Below are positions 13,603-26,254 of a stretch of 64,000 nt of DNA, piece after piece. The notes beneath the pieces were generated by a model that did not search any database, was not told where the DNA came from, and saw only the letters and a program-made list of their open reading frames with translations. The number at the start of each line of letters is the position of its first letter. Positions within the stretch are counted from its first letter, which is position 1. Source of the DNA: Eledone cirrhosa (taxonomy: Eukaryota). The translations under genes were made by a program, and so were the position numbers. The stretch is taken from NCBI GenBank assembly GCA_964016885.1, contig OZ024758.1:10044001-10108000 (forward strand). Direction: 5' to 3'.

Positions 13603-14323
13603 ACTAAACATCTGTGCATCACGTGCTAGGCCAGTGGGGAAAAGTCGATAAACCCGCATGGACCAAGCAGTAAACCATGCAAGTGAGGTGGCCGTTTGAG
13701 TTGATTTAGCTAGGGGCTACAGTAGACAGAACAGCAAAAAATTTGATGAGTAAAAACTATTAAACGGAACACAAAGCATAATTGGGGCAAATTTGAATAA
13801 AATCGGCCGCAAACTGAAGAAGTTATTGACGTCGATACTTTTTAAAATTTATTTTTTCTCACACAGGGCCCGAATTAGATAAAAACTCGAAAATTTGGTT
13901 AGTCCAAAATAATGTTTGGTACATGAGGCATGGCTGTTCCAAATTTGAAGGAAATCGGTCGCAAACTGTAGGCGTTATAACGATGCGGATTTTTTCGATT
14001 CGTCTTTTCTAGTCCACGGGGGGGGGGGGCGCTAAACAAAATGTTATGAGTCCAAAATAAAGTCGGGAACATATTGCATGTTTGTTCCAAATTCGATGGA
14101 AATCGGATGTAAAACGTAAAAGTTATTGACAAAAATTATTATTTTAAAGTCGGGTTTTCTCTTATAGAGGGCGCAGTAGACACAAATTTGAAAATGTAAT
14201 GAGTTCATATCAAGGTCAGGAGCATAACACATGTTTGTGCCAAATGTGAAGAAAATCGGTTGCAAGTTGTAGAAGTTATGCGGAAATAGACACACACACA
14301 TAGTCTATTTTATATATATAGAT
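13603..14323 (-). mobile_element. Non-autonomous Helitron-like element
   Basis: Minus strand starts ATCTATATATATAAAA...TGTGTGTGTC, has internal CCGATTT repeats, and ends with a degenerate hairpin plus TTAGT. Confidence 0.6.
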
Positions 14324-15803
14324 AGAGTATTTTATTAAAGAACACACTTCACTCCACACTTCTTCTTGCCGTATGACATATGTACGATAGTTAGAGAGGC
14401 AGATCGAGACTAGCAAGCCAGACTAAGGCAGCATTATGGATTGCCTCCAGGCCGCCGGGAAAACGTCTGAGGGGGCAATCCCAAACAACATGCAGTACTG
14501 TTTGGTCAGAGTCCCTATAGTCACTCTTGCATTTAATGTTTAATTAATTTTAATAAAATAAATATCGAAGTTGGCTCCCCCAACCATTTTTTTGTCACTA
14601 CATATGTTACCCCCAACCTATAATTTTATAATAAAACGACCCTTGAGGATATAGCAGTCCATTTGTTCTTGATAAAAACTACTAGCTCCCTCGGTGAATT
14701 TCAAATGTATTTTGAACTACAGTAAACCACAAATTATCCCATTGAATTGAACTTTCGGAGCGAAACTTAACTTGTACATCCCTCAATGTTATGTTTTTAT
14801 TCCTAAAGTATACACGAATTTAAAGCCATCATCCTTTGAATTCAAGGTAGATTCAATATGAAGCGAAGAGCTATCGCTTTTATCACTAAGTTGGAGACTA
14901 GACCGTTGCTCAAGAAAATAATATCCAGGGAAAATGTATATTCCAATTGTATCTTTCATGTTTGATCTTGACCTTGTGTTTATGTTTGAAGTAAATTATC
15001 TTCTGCAATTGAATATTGAACATATTACAATCTTTTACATAAATCCTTTTCTTTTTGAATATATTACACTGATTCGTCTACTCTGGTGTATTAAATATTT
15101 TTATCCTCGCAGATATATGTTTCAGATATATAACGCAGTAAATAAATATCCACACAGTTCTTCAATACATATCCACACATTCCTTTGAAAAGTCTCTATT
15201 GTAAATCTCTACCAATATTACTTTCTTCTATGTTCTTATATCTTATTTCCTTTCCATTGTCGTCATTTCATTTCTACGCCGAATGATATAAAAGGAATTA
15301 TATTTGTGTGGTTTTAATTAAAATAGAAACAACTGCATGTAATATTTATTGATCAAATGTTTTGCTTGCAGCGATACAAGCTTGGGTTTATTCTTAAATA
15401 ATACGTACTATATTTCTAAACCTAAGGCAACTAGCATTTTTTTCTTTTGTTTTTTGTTTTTCGTTTTCTTGATACACTGTCTGTTAACCAATAAATATGA
15501 CTTTGAAACAGTTTCTCTGGAGAAATAGGCTGATATTCACTATCGGAAATGAGAGAAAATCTATAACGTGTACACAAACTAATGTAAACTCTTATTTCTT
15601 ACTATGAAGTTTTATAATTTATTATTATTGCTAGTATTATTATAAAGATGATGAATTTTCAGAATCGTTAGAGTCTATGATAAATGTCTAACAGGACTTG
15701 TTCTGAATTTTACGTCAAACACTAGGGTCGAATTTCCCCCACCCCGTAATTGATGATGGTCTTGTGACTAAATAAGCCATTATCGTCATCATTATTATTA
15801 ATG

Positions 15804-15989
15804 ATTGTTTCCACTTTTGGCACAAGGCCAGCAATCACCCAGTGCATTACTGGTACTTTATTTTATCGACCCCGTAAGGATGAAAGGCAAAGTTAACCTC
15901 AGCGGGATTTGAACTCAGACCATAAAGGGCCGTAAGTCTTTGCTGCAAAGCATGGCGTCCGGCCCTCTACCGATACTGCCAATCCACCG
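15804..15989 (-). mobile_element. SINE family A, full length, with target-site duplication
   Basis: TCATTATTATTAATGAT on both flanks (15789 and 15990). Confidence 0.9.
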
Positions 15990-16069
15990 TCATTATTATT
16001 AATGATGTTACCTCCACTGTTTTGTAATTTGTGTTTGTAATGTCTAAAAGTCTAAAGTCTGTCTTAAGC

Positions 16070-16335
16070 CATTTAAGGCTCATTAGGCCGGTACTTACCC
16101 CGGTTTCATGGCGTGAAGAGACTGAGAGTACAAGACTTCCGCCTGGACAGGACACCAGTCCATTGCAGGGTTAAACCTCAGCTATTGCTGGTATTCATTT
16201 TCAGCTGAATATACTGGAACAACATGAAATGAGGTGTTTTTCTCAAGAACACAACACGCAACCCAGCCCAGAAATCGAACCCACGACAATATGATCATTA
16301 GTCCAACACCTTGTCACCAAGCCACGTGCCTTCAC
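16070..16335 (-). mobile_element. tRNA-derived SINE with a V-SINE-like 3' motif
   Basis: Minus strand: tRNA-like head, TTCTTGAGAAAAACAC core, CCCTGCAATGGACTGGTGTCCTGTCCAGG. Confidence 0.6.
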
Positions 16336-19300
16336 TACATGTAATACTTGGTCATAGTGTTTTGTTTTGTTTTGTTTTGTTTGTTATGTCGTCCATCATA
16401 AATATAAAGTATATCTCGGAGGAGCTTCGTCGGAATTTACACTGGGTGTTCCTGTTATTCGATCACTGGAACAGCCAGCTCATGAAATTAACGTGTAAGT
16501 GACTGAGCATTCTGCAAACACGTGCAGCCATAACGTAATAAACTTTGATTTTCGTTTGTTAGTAGTTGTTAGAATAAGTACCAGTAATACACTTAGTTGA
16601 TTCGATCCCTTTGTGTGTATGATTTGGCGCCAATATAATTAATCAGAACCGAAATTTTATAATATAGAAACCATTAATTTATTAATTTTATTTAGTGATT
16701 CGATTTTACTAATGAAATGTTTAATAAAATGCTGAAAAAACCGAAATAAGTACCTCTGGACTTGAGGCAAATTTAGTATAAAATGTCACTATAAAGGGAA
16801 TCCAGCATTCTAAAGTCTCATCCCTCCCCTGAACCACTAAATTTCAGTCTGGACCTATTTTCTCCATTCTGTTAGCTGGCACCAAGAGGCGGGCGACATA
16901 TTAAGGCAGGAGTAAGGTGGCAGTCTTTAGCGTTAATAAGGCTATCTCTCACTAACAATTATCGTCATTTCAAATATTTAGTGCTGATAAAACGATGTTA
17001 AACAAAAAACATTTTTCTGATATTGGCACAAGGTCAGCAATTTATTTACACCAGTATTTTTTTTTTTTTTTTCGGCCCCGGAAGGATGGCAAAGTTGATC
17101 TCGACGGGATTTGAACTCAGAATGTAAGAAAGTCGTAAATTCTGCAAAGCATTTTGTTCGACTCTCTAACGATACTGGCCAATCCACCACCCTCTGATGA
17201 CTTTAAATGATGACCTCGAATTCTAATAGAATTAAAGTATTCTGTAATGTTTGAACTTAAAACCCCATATATAAGTATGGCTAATAAATGTAGCTTAGTT
17301 GTAGGTTTACAACATTGTCTCTTCTCTGCAGTTCCCAATTCTCAAAATAACACTCACGCTTGTATTTTTAGTTCTCGGAATATCCCTTTAATTATTATTC
17401 CCAGTTCTCGAAGTTTTTTTTTTTTTAGACATAAACTATAAAATAACGCTCGCTCACAAAATTCGGTAAATTGCGAAAATTAATTCCATTTCTAAATTAA
17501 TTCCCAATTTACTTTTTATTTTATTAATTTCAGACAAACGGGTTCACTTCCAGTGTACAATATCATTTATCTGATATTATCTACTTCTTTTCTTTAATTC
17601 CCCTTCTGAGGAAATTAAACTTTTAATTAATTTGATGGATGGGCCAAACTGAATTTCTTACGTCCACTATACCTCAATTACGGCTAATTAGAAAGTTATT
17701 CGAACAATTATTGAGTAGAACAAAGGGAAAAGTTTCACTTATTTGCCAACTATTGTTAGAATATCGATTAGCGATTGTGTTTCTCAGTAACTCTAGACCC
17801 TTGAACCCAAGCTACAATTGATTAATAAGTAAACTGTTTCAAGAAAGCTATTCAAACACTTGCACTTGTTTTCGATATCGCTTCAGTGTCCATTATAAAC
17901 AATAAATCCGGAGACAAACAGTCTAGTGAGATAAAAGTGTATCTTTGATTAAATATAACAAACGTTTTGAGACTCCATTTCCTTTCCCGGTTGTAGCAAT
18001 TTCACTGATTTTCTTTCAAGATTTTTTGGAAAGCCATCAACGTCATTTTATCTTCCTTTCCAACTATTAGAAATTAAGATTCGATCACATATAAAACAAT
18101 TAATGTAGTAGCCAAACCATCTGGTATCGTGATGAATTATGTGAAACTAATTTTGTAATTTATCAAGGCGATGAAATGGTAAACGTTAGAAGGTTGGGTG
18201 GAATGCTTTTCAGTATTTGATCCAGCTCACTGCACCTTAAATTTAAATTCCGACAAGGTTAATTTTGTCTTTCATCCTTACGAGGTCGATAGAGAAAGTA
18301 CCAGCCCAGTAATAGGTTTAGTTGTACCTCTCTTTCACACACTCTCTCTCAAACACATTCAAAGTTATCAGGACATATTCTTGTGCACAGTATATTGCGA
18401 GCGGGGGGGGTCATTCTCCATAAGAAAAATATTTCAAATTAGTTAGTTAAGATACATGATATTCCACTGCTGCAAGACCTTATTCAAATAGCTAAATACT
18501 CTGGTTTCTAATATAGACAGAAGTGGAGGGATATGTCGATTATATCGACCTCAGTACTTGGTCTGTGCTATATTTTATCGAACCCCGGAAGGATGGAAGA
18601 TAAAGTTGACCTTGGCGAGATTTGAACTAGAGCGCAGACTACTGGAACGAATACTGTAACGCATTCAATCCGAAGCTCTATAACCAGCTCAACATTATAC
18701 ATGCATGGCATGCATAGTCCCGAAACACTTGAAGGGGTCGTAGAGGCGCAGTATTGATATAAGGCCTTTCTAGGGCATGTTTTAAACCTGGCTAAGTCCA
18801 TCCCTCTCTAGTTTTGAATACAGGAGATTTCTTCTAGAGCGAGAAAATGTAAGTGAAAAAGAGATTTAGAGGAAAAACCGACCCCAGTACTTGAGAGGTA
18901 CTTTTTTAATCGGCCTCGAAAGGATAAAAGGCAAATTTAACCTCGAAGGGATTTGAACTCAAAGAGCAGAGAGTCGGAAAGAATACTGCAAAGTATTGTA
19001 GCCAACGTTCTAACGATTCTGCCAATTCCAGTGGAAAACCATTTCAAAAACTGTCACTATATTTAAACAGTCAATTGGTATGTCATTCAAATGAACTCAT
19101 CAATCAGTAGCTTCCATTGGTTCTCTCAAGCAATATGGTAATCAGCATGTATAATATTTCTTGGCTAGCCGAGATTAGATTCGATTAAGTTAATTGTAAC
19201 CGTCATTTTTTTCTTTGTAGAATTACTTCAACCACCTCGAACTAGTTAGTTCAGATGTTATCGCATTGCACCACACATCCATCGATCAGTTTTGAATCAG

Positions 19301-19851
19301 TCGAAAAGTAAACTTTAAAGGGTCACACAAAAAAACTATTCAGACTTTCGATAACGTTACCCAGGAAAGCCATTATCAGTATTGTTAGTATACAGAAGAA
19401 AGAATTGGTTTTTCGCCATCAAATTTTGGTCCCCAAGTGACATGGCTACTCACATAGCAGAGACGATACGTCAACACTAGATCGGCATTATCTTCTCGCT
19501 TCCTATTAGTTTTAATCTCTTTATTAGTACAGTTAAGGCTTATCTTAACATAGCAGACAATTTGATATTACTGCCAAACGAAAACAAAATCAATGTTATA
19601 AAACAAATAAGAGCGAGGTGGGTGGAGAAAAACGTCTGCCATGATGACTATTGGTATTTAGTTACACTCTTTTACGTTCTGAGTTTAAATCCTGTCGGGA
19701 ACAAATTTGTGTCTCAATTCTTCTGGGATCGATCAAATAAATTAATACTTGGATCGATATAATCGACTGTACTCTCCCCAATAACGTGTAGCCTAGTGTC
19801 AAAGGCGGAAATCAATATTATCAAAGAAATTAGGTCGAGAATCAAGAGAGC

Positions 19852-19911
19852 GTCCAGTTCTATGAGGGTCTCATACTTCTCCGTGGCTCCTTTGTATACT
19901 CTGATTCTGTC
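19852..19911 (-). mobile_element. Inverted 60-bp fragment of the same Penelope-like ORF
   Basis: Reverse complement of 20992-21051, 57/60 identical by eye. Confidence 0.85.
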
Positions 19912-20054
19912 TCTTTTGAGTGTGTGTATGTTTACGTTCTTGATATTTATTTATATATTTTTCCCTCAGTTTTTTCCCGTTATTTTATTTCAGCCTCACT
20001 TTCATTTATCCTAAACTTTGTTTTCAAATCCATATTTAATAAACATTCCATATT

Positions 20055-20118
20055 ATTCTTTCTGACGACTGAAGATAGATATAAATATCTGTCTTCAAGA
20101 AACCACTGGTAAATGAAT
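20055..20118 (+). ncRNA. Type I hammerhead ribozyme motif (Penelope-associated)
   Basis: ATTCTTT-CTGACGA-c-[TGAAGATAGATA taaa TATCTGTCTTCA]-a-GAAA-CCA c TGG-TA-AATGAAT. Intact core, 12-bp stem II, near-palindromic stem III, stem I 6/7 paired. Confidence 0.7.
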
Positions 20119-20143
20119 TAATTATCTTATGTTGTTTATTACA

Positions 20144-20174
<31 letters not shown>

Positions 20175-20175
<1 letters not shown>

Positions 20176-21434
20176 ACGGCGATTACACCGAGTTCCTAGA
20201 TAGCCATGACCTTAGCCGTTTCTGCCCCAGTAGACCCATAAGAGGTAGACCGTCCACCATAACCTCAATGGCAATAAAGACTCCCATGAGAAGGTGGAAT
20301 GGGTGGACCATAGCCATACGGACACCCAAAAACAATGATCAGGTGAGAAAAATGGTCACGCATGCAATAGGGGCTAGTATTAAAACTACCCTAAAGGGCC
20401 ATATGTTTAAATTCAATGAAAAGATCTACACCCAGAATGAGGGAGCAGCCATTGGCGTCAGCATAGCTGGTGATGTTGCCAATCTATTTATGGTATGGTG
20501 GGAAAGGAGACTCAAAGATCTCCTTGAAGAGAGCTCCATAGACCTCATCATGTACTCTCGTTACGTAGACTATATTAATATAGTAATAAGAACACCCCCC
20601 ACAAGAAAGTACTCATGAACATGGTTTAGAATATAGCACAATGGAAAGCATCCAGTAGATAGCTAACTCCATACACCAGAGTATAACTGTAACTGTCGAC
20701 TAACCTTCCAAACACCCTAACAATAGACTACCTGTATTAGACGCCGAACTCTGGATTAACACTATAGATGAGAAGGCCCAAATTCTCCACTCACACTATG
20801 CTAAACCCATGGCCTCCAAATACTTGATACTCAAAAACTCAGCAATGTCCAGTAGTGCTAAGTTTAATATTCTGATCGCAGACTTGGTAAGAGTGATGAA
20901 GAACGTGTCCCGCATGTGTGACCCAACAGAAATGGAAAGACACATCCAACACTTCATCAATCACATGCAGTTCTCTGGCTACAACCAAAGTGACAGAATC
21001 AGAGTATACAAAGGAGCCACGGAGGAGTATATGACCCTCATAGAACTGGACATGGAAGGAATTTGCCCATTATACAGGAGCAAATCATGGAATAGCTTAG
21101 ATAGGACTAAACATAAGATAGGGAAAGCCACCTCATGGTACGACAACCAGAGATACCAGAGTGTCATGTTTGTGGATGCAACTCCTGGGGGGGGGGGGGG
21201 TGATTAGCTAACCAATGTAAAAAGGCCCTAAGAAAGACCCACTTAAAGATTAAAGGAGTAGAAAAGCCAGGAACTACCATAAAATCCCTGATCAGCAAAA
21301 CATACCCTTTTAAGAAAACCCACTGTACCAATAAGAAATGTGTTATATGTAAAGTAAACCCCTGGATGAACTGTAAAGCTAGAAATGTAGTCTATAGCAT
21401 AAGGTGTACAGAGGGTACTTGCAGAAACATTTAC
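20175..21434 (+). mobile_element. Penelope-like retroelement (Naiad-type), truncated and degenerate: RT, thumb, Cys cluster, start of GIY-YIG
   Basis: Motifs QNEGAAIGVSIAGDVANLFMVWWE, YSRYVD, LPVLD, HYAKPMAS, MQFSGY, PLYR, VMFVDATPGG, CTNKKCVIC and CKARNVVYSIRC...C..IY, with stops and frameshifts. Flanked by (TA)n and (CAC)n. Confidence 0.85.
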
Positions 21435-22415
21435 ACCACCACCACCATCACCACCACCGCCACCACCGCCATCACCACCACCGCCACCATCACCACCATC
21501 ACCACCACCATTGCCACCACCACCATCACTACCGCCACCACCACCATCACCACCATCACCACCATCACCACCACCACCACCACCAGTACCACCACCACCA
21601 ATACCACCACCACCAATACCACCACCACCACCAACAATACCACCACCACCAGTACCACCACCACCACCACCACCAATACCACCACCACCACCACCACCAT
21701 CACCACCATCACCACCACCACCACCACCAGTACCACCACCACCAATACCACCACCACCACCACCAATACCACCACCACCAGTACCACCACCACCACCACC
21801 ACCAGTACCACCATCACCACCACCAGTACCACCACCACCAATACCACCACCACCACCAACAATACCACCACCACCAGTACCACCTCACTACAAATACCAA
21901 CAGTACCACCACCACCACCACCACCAGTACCACCACCACCACCACCACCAGTACCACCACCACCACCACCACCAGTACCACCATCACCACCACCAGTACC
22001 ACCACCACCAATACCACCACCACCACCAACAATACCACCACCACCAGTACCACCTCACTACAAATACCAACAGTACCACCACCACCACCACCACCACCAC
22101 CACCACCACCAGTACCACCACCACCACCACCACCAGTACCACCACCACCACCACATCACCACCAGTACCACCACATCACCACCACCACCAATACCACCAC
22201 CACCAGTACCACCATCACCACCACCACCACCACCACCACCACCACCTCACTACAAATACCATCAGTAACACTACTGCCAACTATCAGCCCTTGGCATCCA
22301 CTCATTGATGAAAGCCAATGCCGTGATGACGACGTCGAAGACAACGGGGACGACGACAATGTTGATGACGATGATGATGACGATGATGACGACGATGATG
22401 ATGATGATGACGATG
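21434..22415. repeat. Compound microsatellite: (CAC)n with higher-order units, then (GAT/GAC)n
   Basis: Seen directly; explains the poly-T/P/H/V ORFs. Confidence 0.95.
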
Positions 22416-23441
22416 AAATTTGCAGTAAACTGGACAAATTCATGTTACAGTTGCTATGGTAACATGACTTCATTTATATCAGGACGAGATGGAATTATGG
22501 AGAAAAAGCTGTTAACTTCATCAATTTATTCAACCAGAGAGATTAGTACGTTAATCTGCATATCTGTGTGTGTTCATGCGTGTAGCATTTATTTGATTAC
22601 AGACTAGTAGACTATGGAGAATAAATAATTGCAAGGCGACATCTGCATGAGAAACAATAGTTAAGTTAGTGTAAACATATTTCATGCAATGAGCACTAAA
22701 AATCCAACCCAACGTGATATAATTACAAGGAGAATAATAACTATTGGTTATACTCGAGTTTATCTCGTGTAAAAATCCCTAATTTTGGCCAAAAAAATCT
22801 GGAATTTTCCATAGACTTCATATAAAAGTCGACCCTAGTATTTAACCGATAACAGGTCAACATTTATGGACCAAAGTATCATCTTCTGCGTATAAATAAC
22901 ACTTACAAAATCGTCATGAATTTAGTGCAAATTTATATTATTGTAAATACTATTAGCAACAGAACCACAGAATGAACACTTTAATGTAGATTTGAATTAG
23001 CTACTTGAGTCGTAAGGGTCGCCATATTAACATATTTTTTAAAAACCTGATGGAGCCTATCTCTTTTCCCGGTCTGAATACAGCAGATTTCTTCCAAAGA
23101 AGGGTAGATAATGAGAGAAAGGAAGTGAGAAAGAGAGAGGAAGAATCTGGTACTTTTTTTTTTATCGGCCTTAAATGGATGAAAGGCAAAGTTGACCTCG
23201 GTGGGATTTGAACTCAAAGAGCAGAGAGTTGGAACAAATACTACAAATCATTCTATCCGACATTCTAACGAGTCAGCCAATTCACCACCTTTGTTAGCAC
23301 TAATAATTGTTTCTACTTTTGGCACAAGGCCAGCAATTACCCAGTACATTACTGGTACTTTATTAGTTCTATACGGAATCATCTTCAGAAGATCTGTACG
23401 TCTCTCACAACTCGCAGAGAAATACGTAGCCATTGTCTATT

Positions 23442-23716
23442 TAAACCCACAAAATATGTCAGTAACAGCGAACTGGGAGTAACAATCTAAACCCACAAAA
23501 TATGGCAGTAACAGCGAACTGGGAGTAACAATCTAAACCCACAAAATATGTCAGTAACAGCGAACTGGGAGTAACAATCTAAACCCACAAAATATGGCAG
23601 TAACAGCGAACTGGGAGTAACAATCTAAACCGACAAAATATGGCAGTAACAGCGAACTGGAAGTAACAATCTAAACCCACAAAATATGGCAGTAACAGCG
23701 AAGTGGGAGTAACAAT
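23442..23716. repeat. Minisatellite, 6 x 46 bp
   Basis: Unit TAAACCCACAAAATATG(G/T)CAGTAACAGCGAACTGGGAGTAACAATC. Confidence 0.95.
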
Positions 23717-23728
23717 TGGCATATTATT

Positions 23729-23861
23729 AGTACGACCCTTATCATTCTGAGTTCAAATCCCGCCGAGGTTAACTTTGCCTTTCATCCTTACGGGGTCGAT
23801 AAAATAAAGTACCAGTAATGTACTGGGTAATTGCTGGTCTTGTGCCTAAACTAGAAACAAT
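23729..23861 (+). mobile_element. SINE family A, 5'-truncated
   Basis: B box, core and tail present. Confidence 0.8.
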
Positions 23862-24946
23862 TTTACATTAAATTCATAGTGCACAAAATTCTTCCATCAA
23901 TTTCAGATCTTCCTCCGTTACAGGTTTATTCCTTGCGTGTTTTAAACATAAAACGCTATAATCAAATATTCAACATCATCATATAGAAAAATAATTAATA
24001 ATATTTGAATTTCTTACACTTTCAATCGGAACCAGGAATGTTAATAGGCTGAAGGATCGAATTAAAACAGTTGATTAAACAAGGTTTTATTGAAATTATA
24101 TTCATAATTGAACATTATAAAACTATAAAATGCACCGCTCTATTCAATGGTGTAAGTTGGCGGGGGAAGAAGACATTGATTTGGAGCATAATAAATTAGG
24201 GAAATTAGGGAAAATTTAAGGTAGCTCTTCAGTAAACTAATGTTTTTTTTAATAACCAGATATTAAGAATCCATCCTTTTTATTGAATTAATGATATAGG
24301 AGATACAATATTCAGTTTGTTATGCTGAAGATAAATTTATTATCAAAGTCGAGTTTCAATCTGCAGAAGTCAATTTGGTTATGCATTTACTGAAAAGGAA
24401 CACTAAGGAAGAAAACAGAAGACAAATTCGTGTGAAGATTGTTTCTTGTGAAATATTTGTATCTGGGATTTTTTTATTTTATTTTACCTTCTATTTCTTT
24501 ACTTTACTTTACAGTCATCGCACGCAAGCTTCGTTTTCTGTTACCAATTCTCAGGGAGATGATGGTTTCGCACGCCAGTCATTGTTTTTAGTATTAAAAA
24601 TTAAGTTCATATTCAATTGTATATATTTACGAACAGAAAGAGGGGTACATTACTCATACTCTCATTATAGAACTCCTACAGTAGCCATACTACAATAGCA
24701 GCAACATCTTCCATCATTTCCATAATTATGAACGAGGGAGCATCTACGTGGTAGTTCACTTGGCTAGAAATAGCAACCAAATCTCCCTCGAACTTTTCAG
24801 CTGATATCACTATATCTTAAAATACTATAGGCTAGTCATTGCTGAAATGCTTTTGATCATAAATCTACATGATTAGAATTAACCTATTTTATTACTATGA
24901 TCACAACAACTATCACCACCACTACTACTATTACTACTATTTTTAT

Positions 24947-24990
<44 letters not shown>

Positions 24991-26049
24991 TTGATACTAC
25001 TACTACTACTATTGATACTACTATGAAATTTACTATTGCCACTACAAACGTCATTGCTAGAACTGTTACAATATGAAAAATAAACAAAAGTTCAACATAC
25101 TAAGTATATGTTTATAGGTGGAAACATTAGCTATCACTAAGACTAAAACAACAACAAGAAAAAACAATAACAGAAATAAAAAAAAAAACAGTAGTAGCAT
25201 CAATAGAAACTTCAAGAAGAGCAGTTATTACAAGAGTAATTCCCAAACCTAACATGAACGATTTTCATTGGACAATGAAAAAATGAGATTTGAACTGCTT
25301 TTCAACAGTACCAAAACTTAAATATTGATTTTTCAAATCGTATCATTTAATATTCATTCTGTTTTTCCCGAAGGAAACAATGAAGTTAGATATTATTCCC
25401 CGAATAGAAGAAAACTATCAACCATACGAAATCTCAAGCTAATAAATAAATTAATTAAAGAATGAATTAATTAATTAAACATAAACAAAACTGATCATTT
25501 TTAGTGCAATAATAATTTCGACGTGGGATTGCTTTTGTGTTTATTGTCCACAATCCTTCGTTTCTCTTTTTTTAATGACATATTTTTGTTGTGGTTTTAT
25601 AACTTTTTCTTACTTTTCCTTAACTGCTGATTATCTCTTTTGTATTTCGAACATTGATGAATATTATCTCGTGTATTTTGATGATCAAACAACTTAGTGC
25701 ATTTTTAATGTTTTTTAAAAATATAATATAATTGGAAAACTGACATCAAATATATCATCAATTGGTTTAGCTAAAAAAAGATTCTTAAAATATCAAATGA
25801 TGATAACATTAACACGCAAACTGTTTTTAAAATACTTCTAGAGTGCATTGGGTTTATATAATAATATCAAAATTATCAAATCTTAGGTCATCAAAATATT
25901 TATAGCACGTAATATTTTTAATGTAAAATATTAATGTTGATAGAGTAAGAAGTTTGATATTTTTTATACTGAAAATAATATTTTTGTTATTGGAAACCAA
26001 AGCTTGCTATAGTGAATTGTAATGTGAAGATACTAACAATCCATAATAA

Positions 26050-26254
26050 TGGTTTCTGATTTAGGCACAAGGCCAGTAATAGTTGGGGGAGAGGAAAGTC
26101 GGATAAATCAACACCAGTGCGTTATTGGTACTTTATTTTATCGACCTAGTAAGGATGACATGCAAAGCTAACTTCGGCGGGATTTGAGCTCAGAATGTAA
26201 ATGGCCGTAACTCTATACCACAAAGCATTACCATTACTGCAAATCCACCGCCCT
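26050..26254 (-). mobile_element. SINE family A, diverged subfamily
   Basis: Reverse complement of head, core and tail. Confidence 0.7.

Noticed and set aside
21366-22607. Long poly-Thr/Pro/His/Val ORFs (up to 352 aa)
   Set aside because: Translations of the (CAC)n and (GAY)n microsatellites, open in most frames. Only the first ~23 aa of 21366 are real (Penelope GIY-YIG).
24375-24698. 107-aa ORF containing an acceptor-like site; similar sites at 12705, 17533, 19220 and 26995
   Set aside because: No recognisable protein and no phase-consistent exon chain could be built in 1-31 kb.
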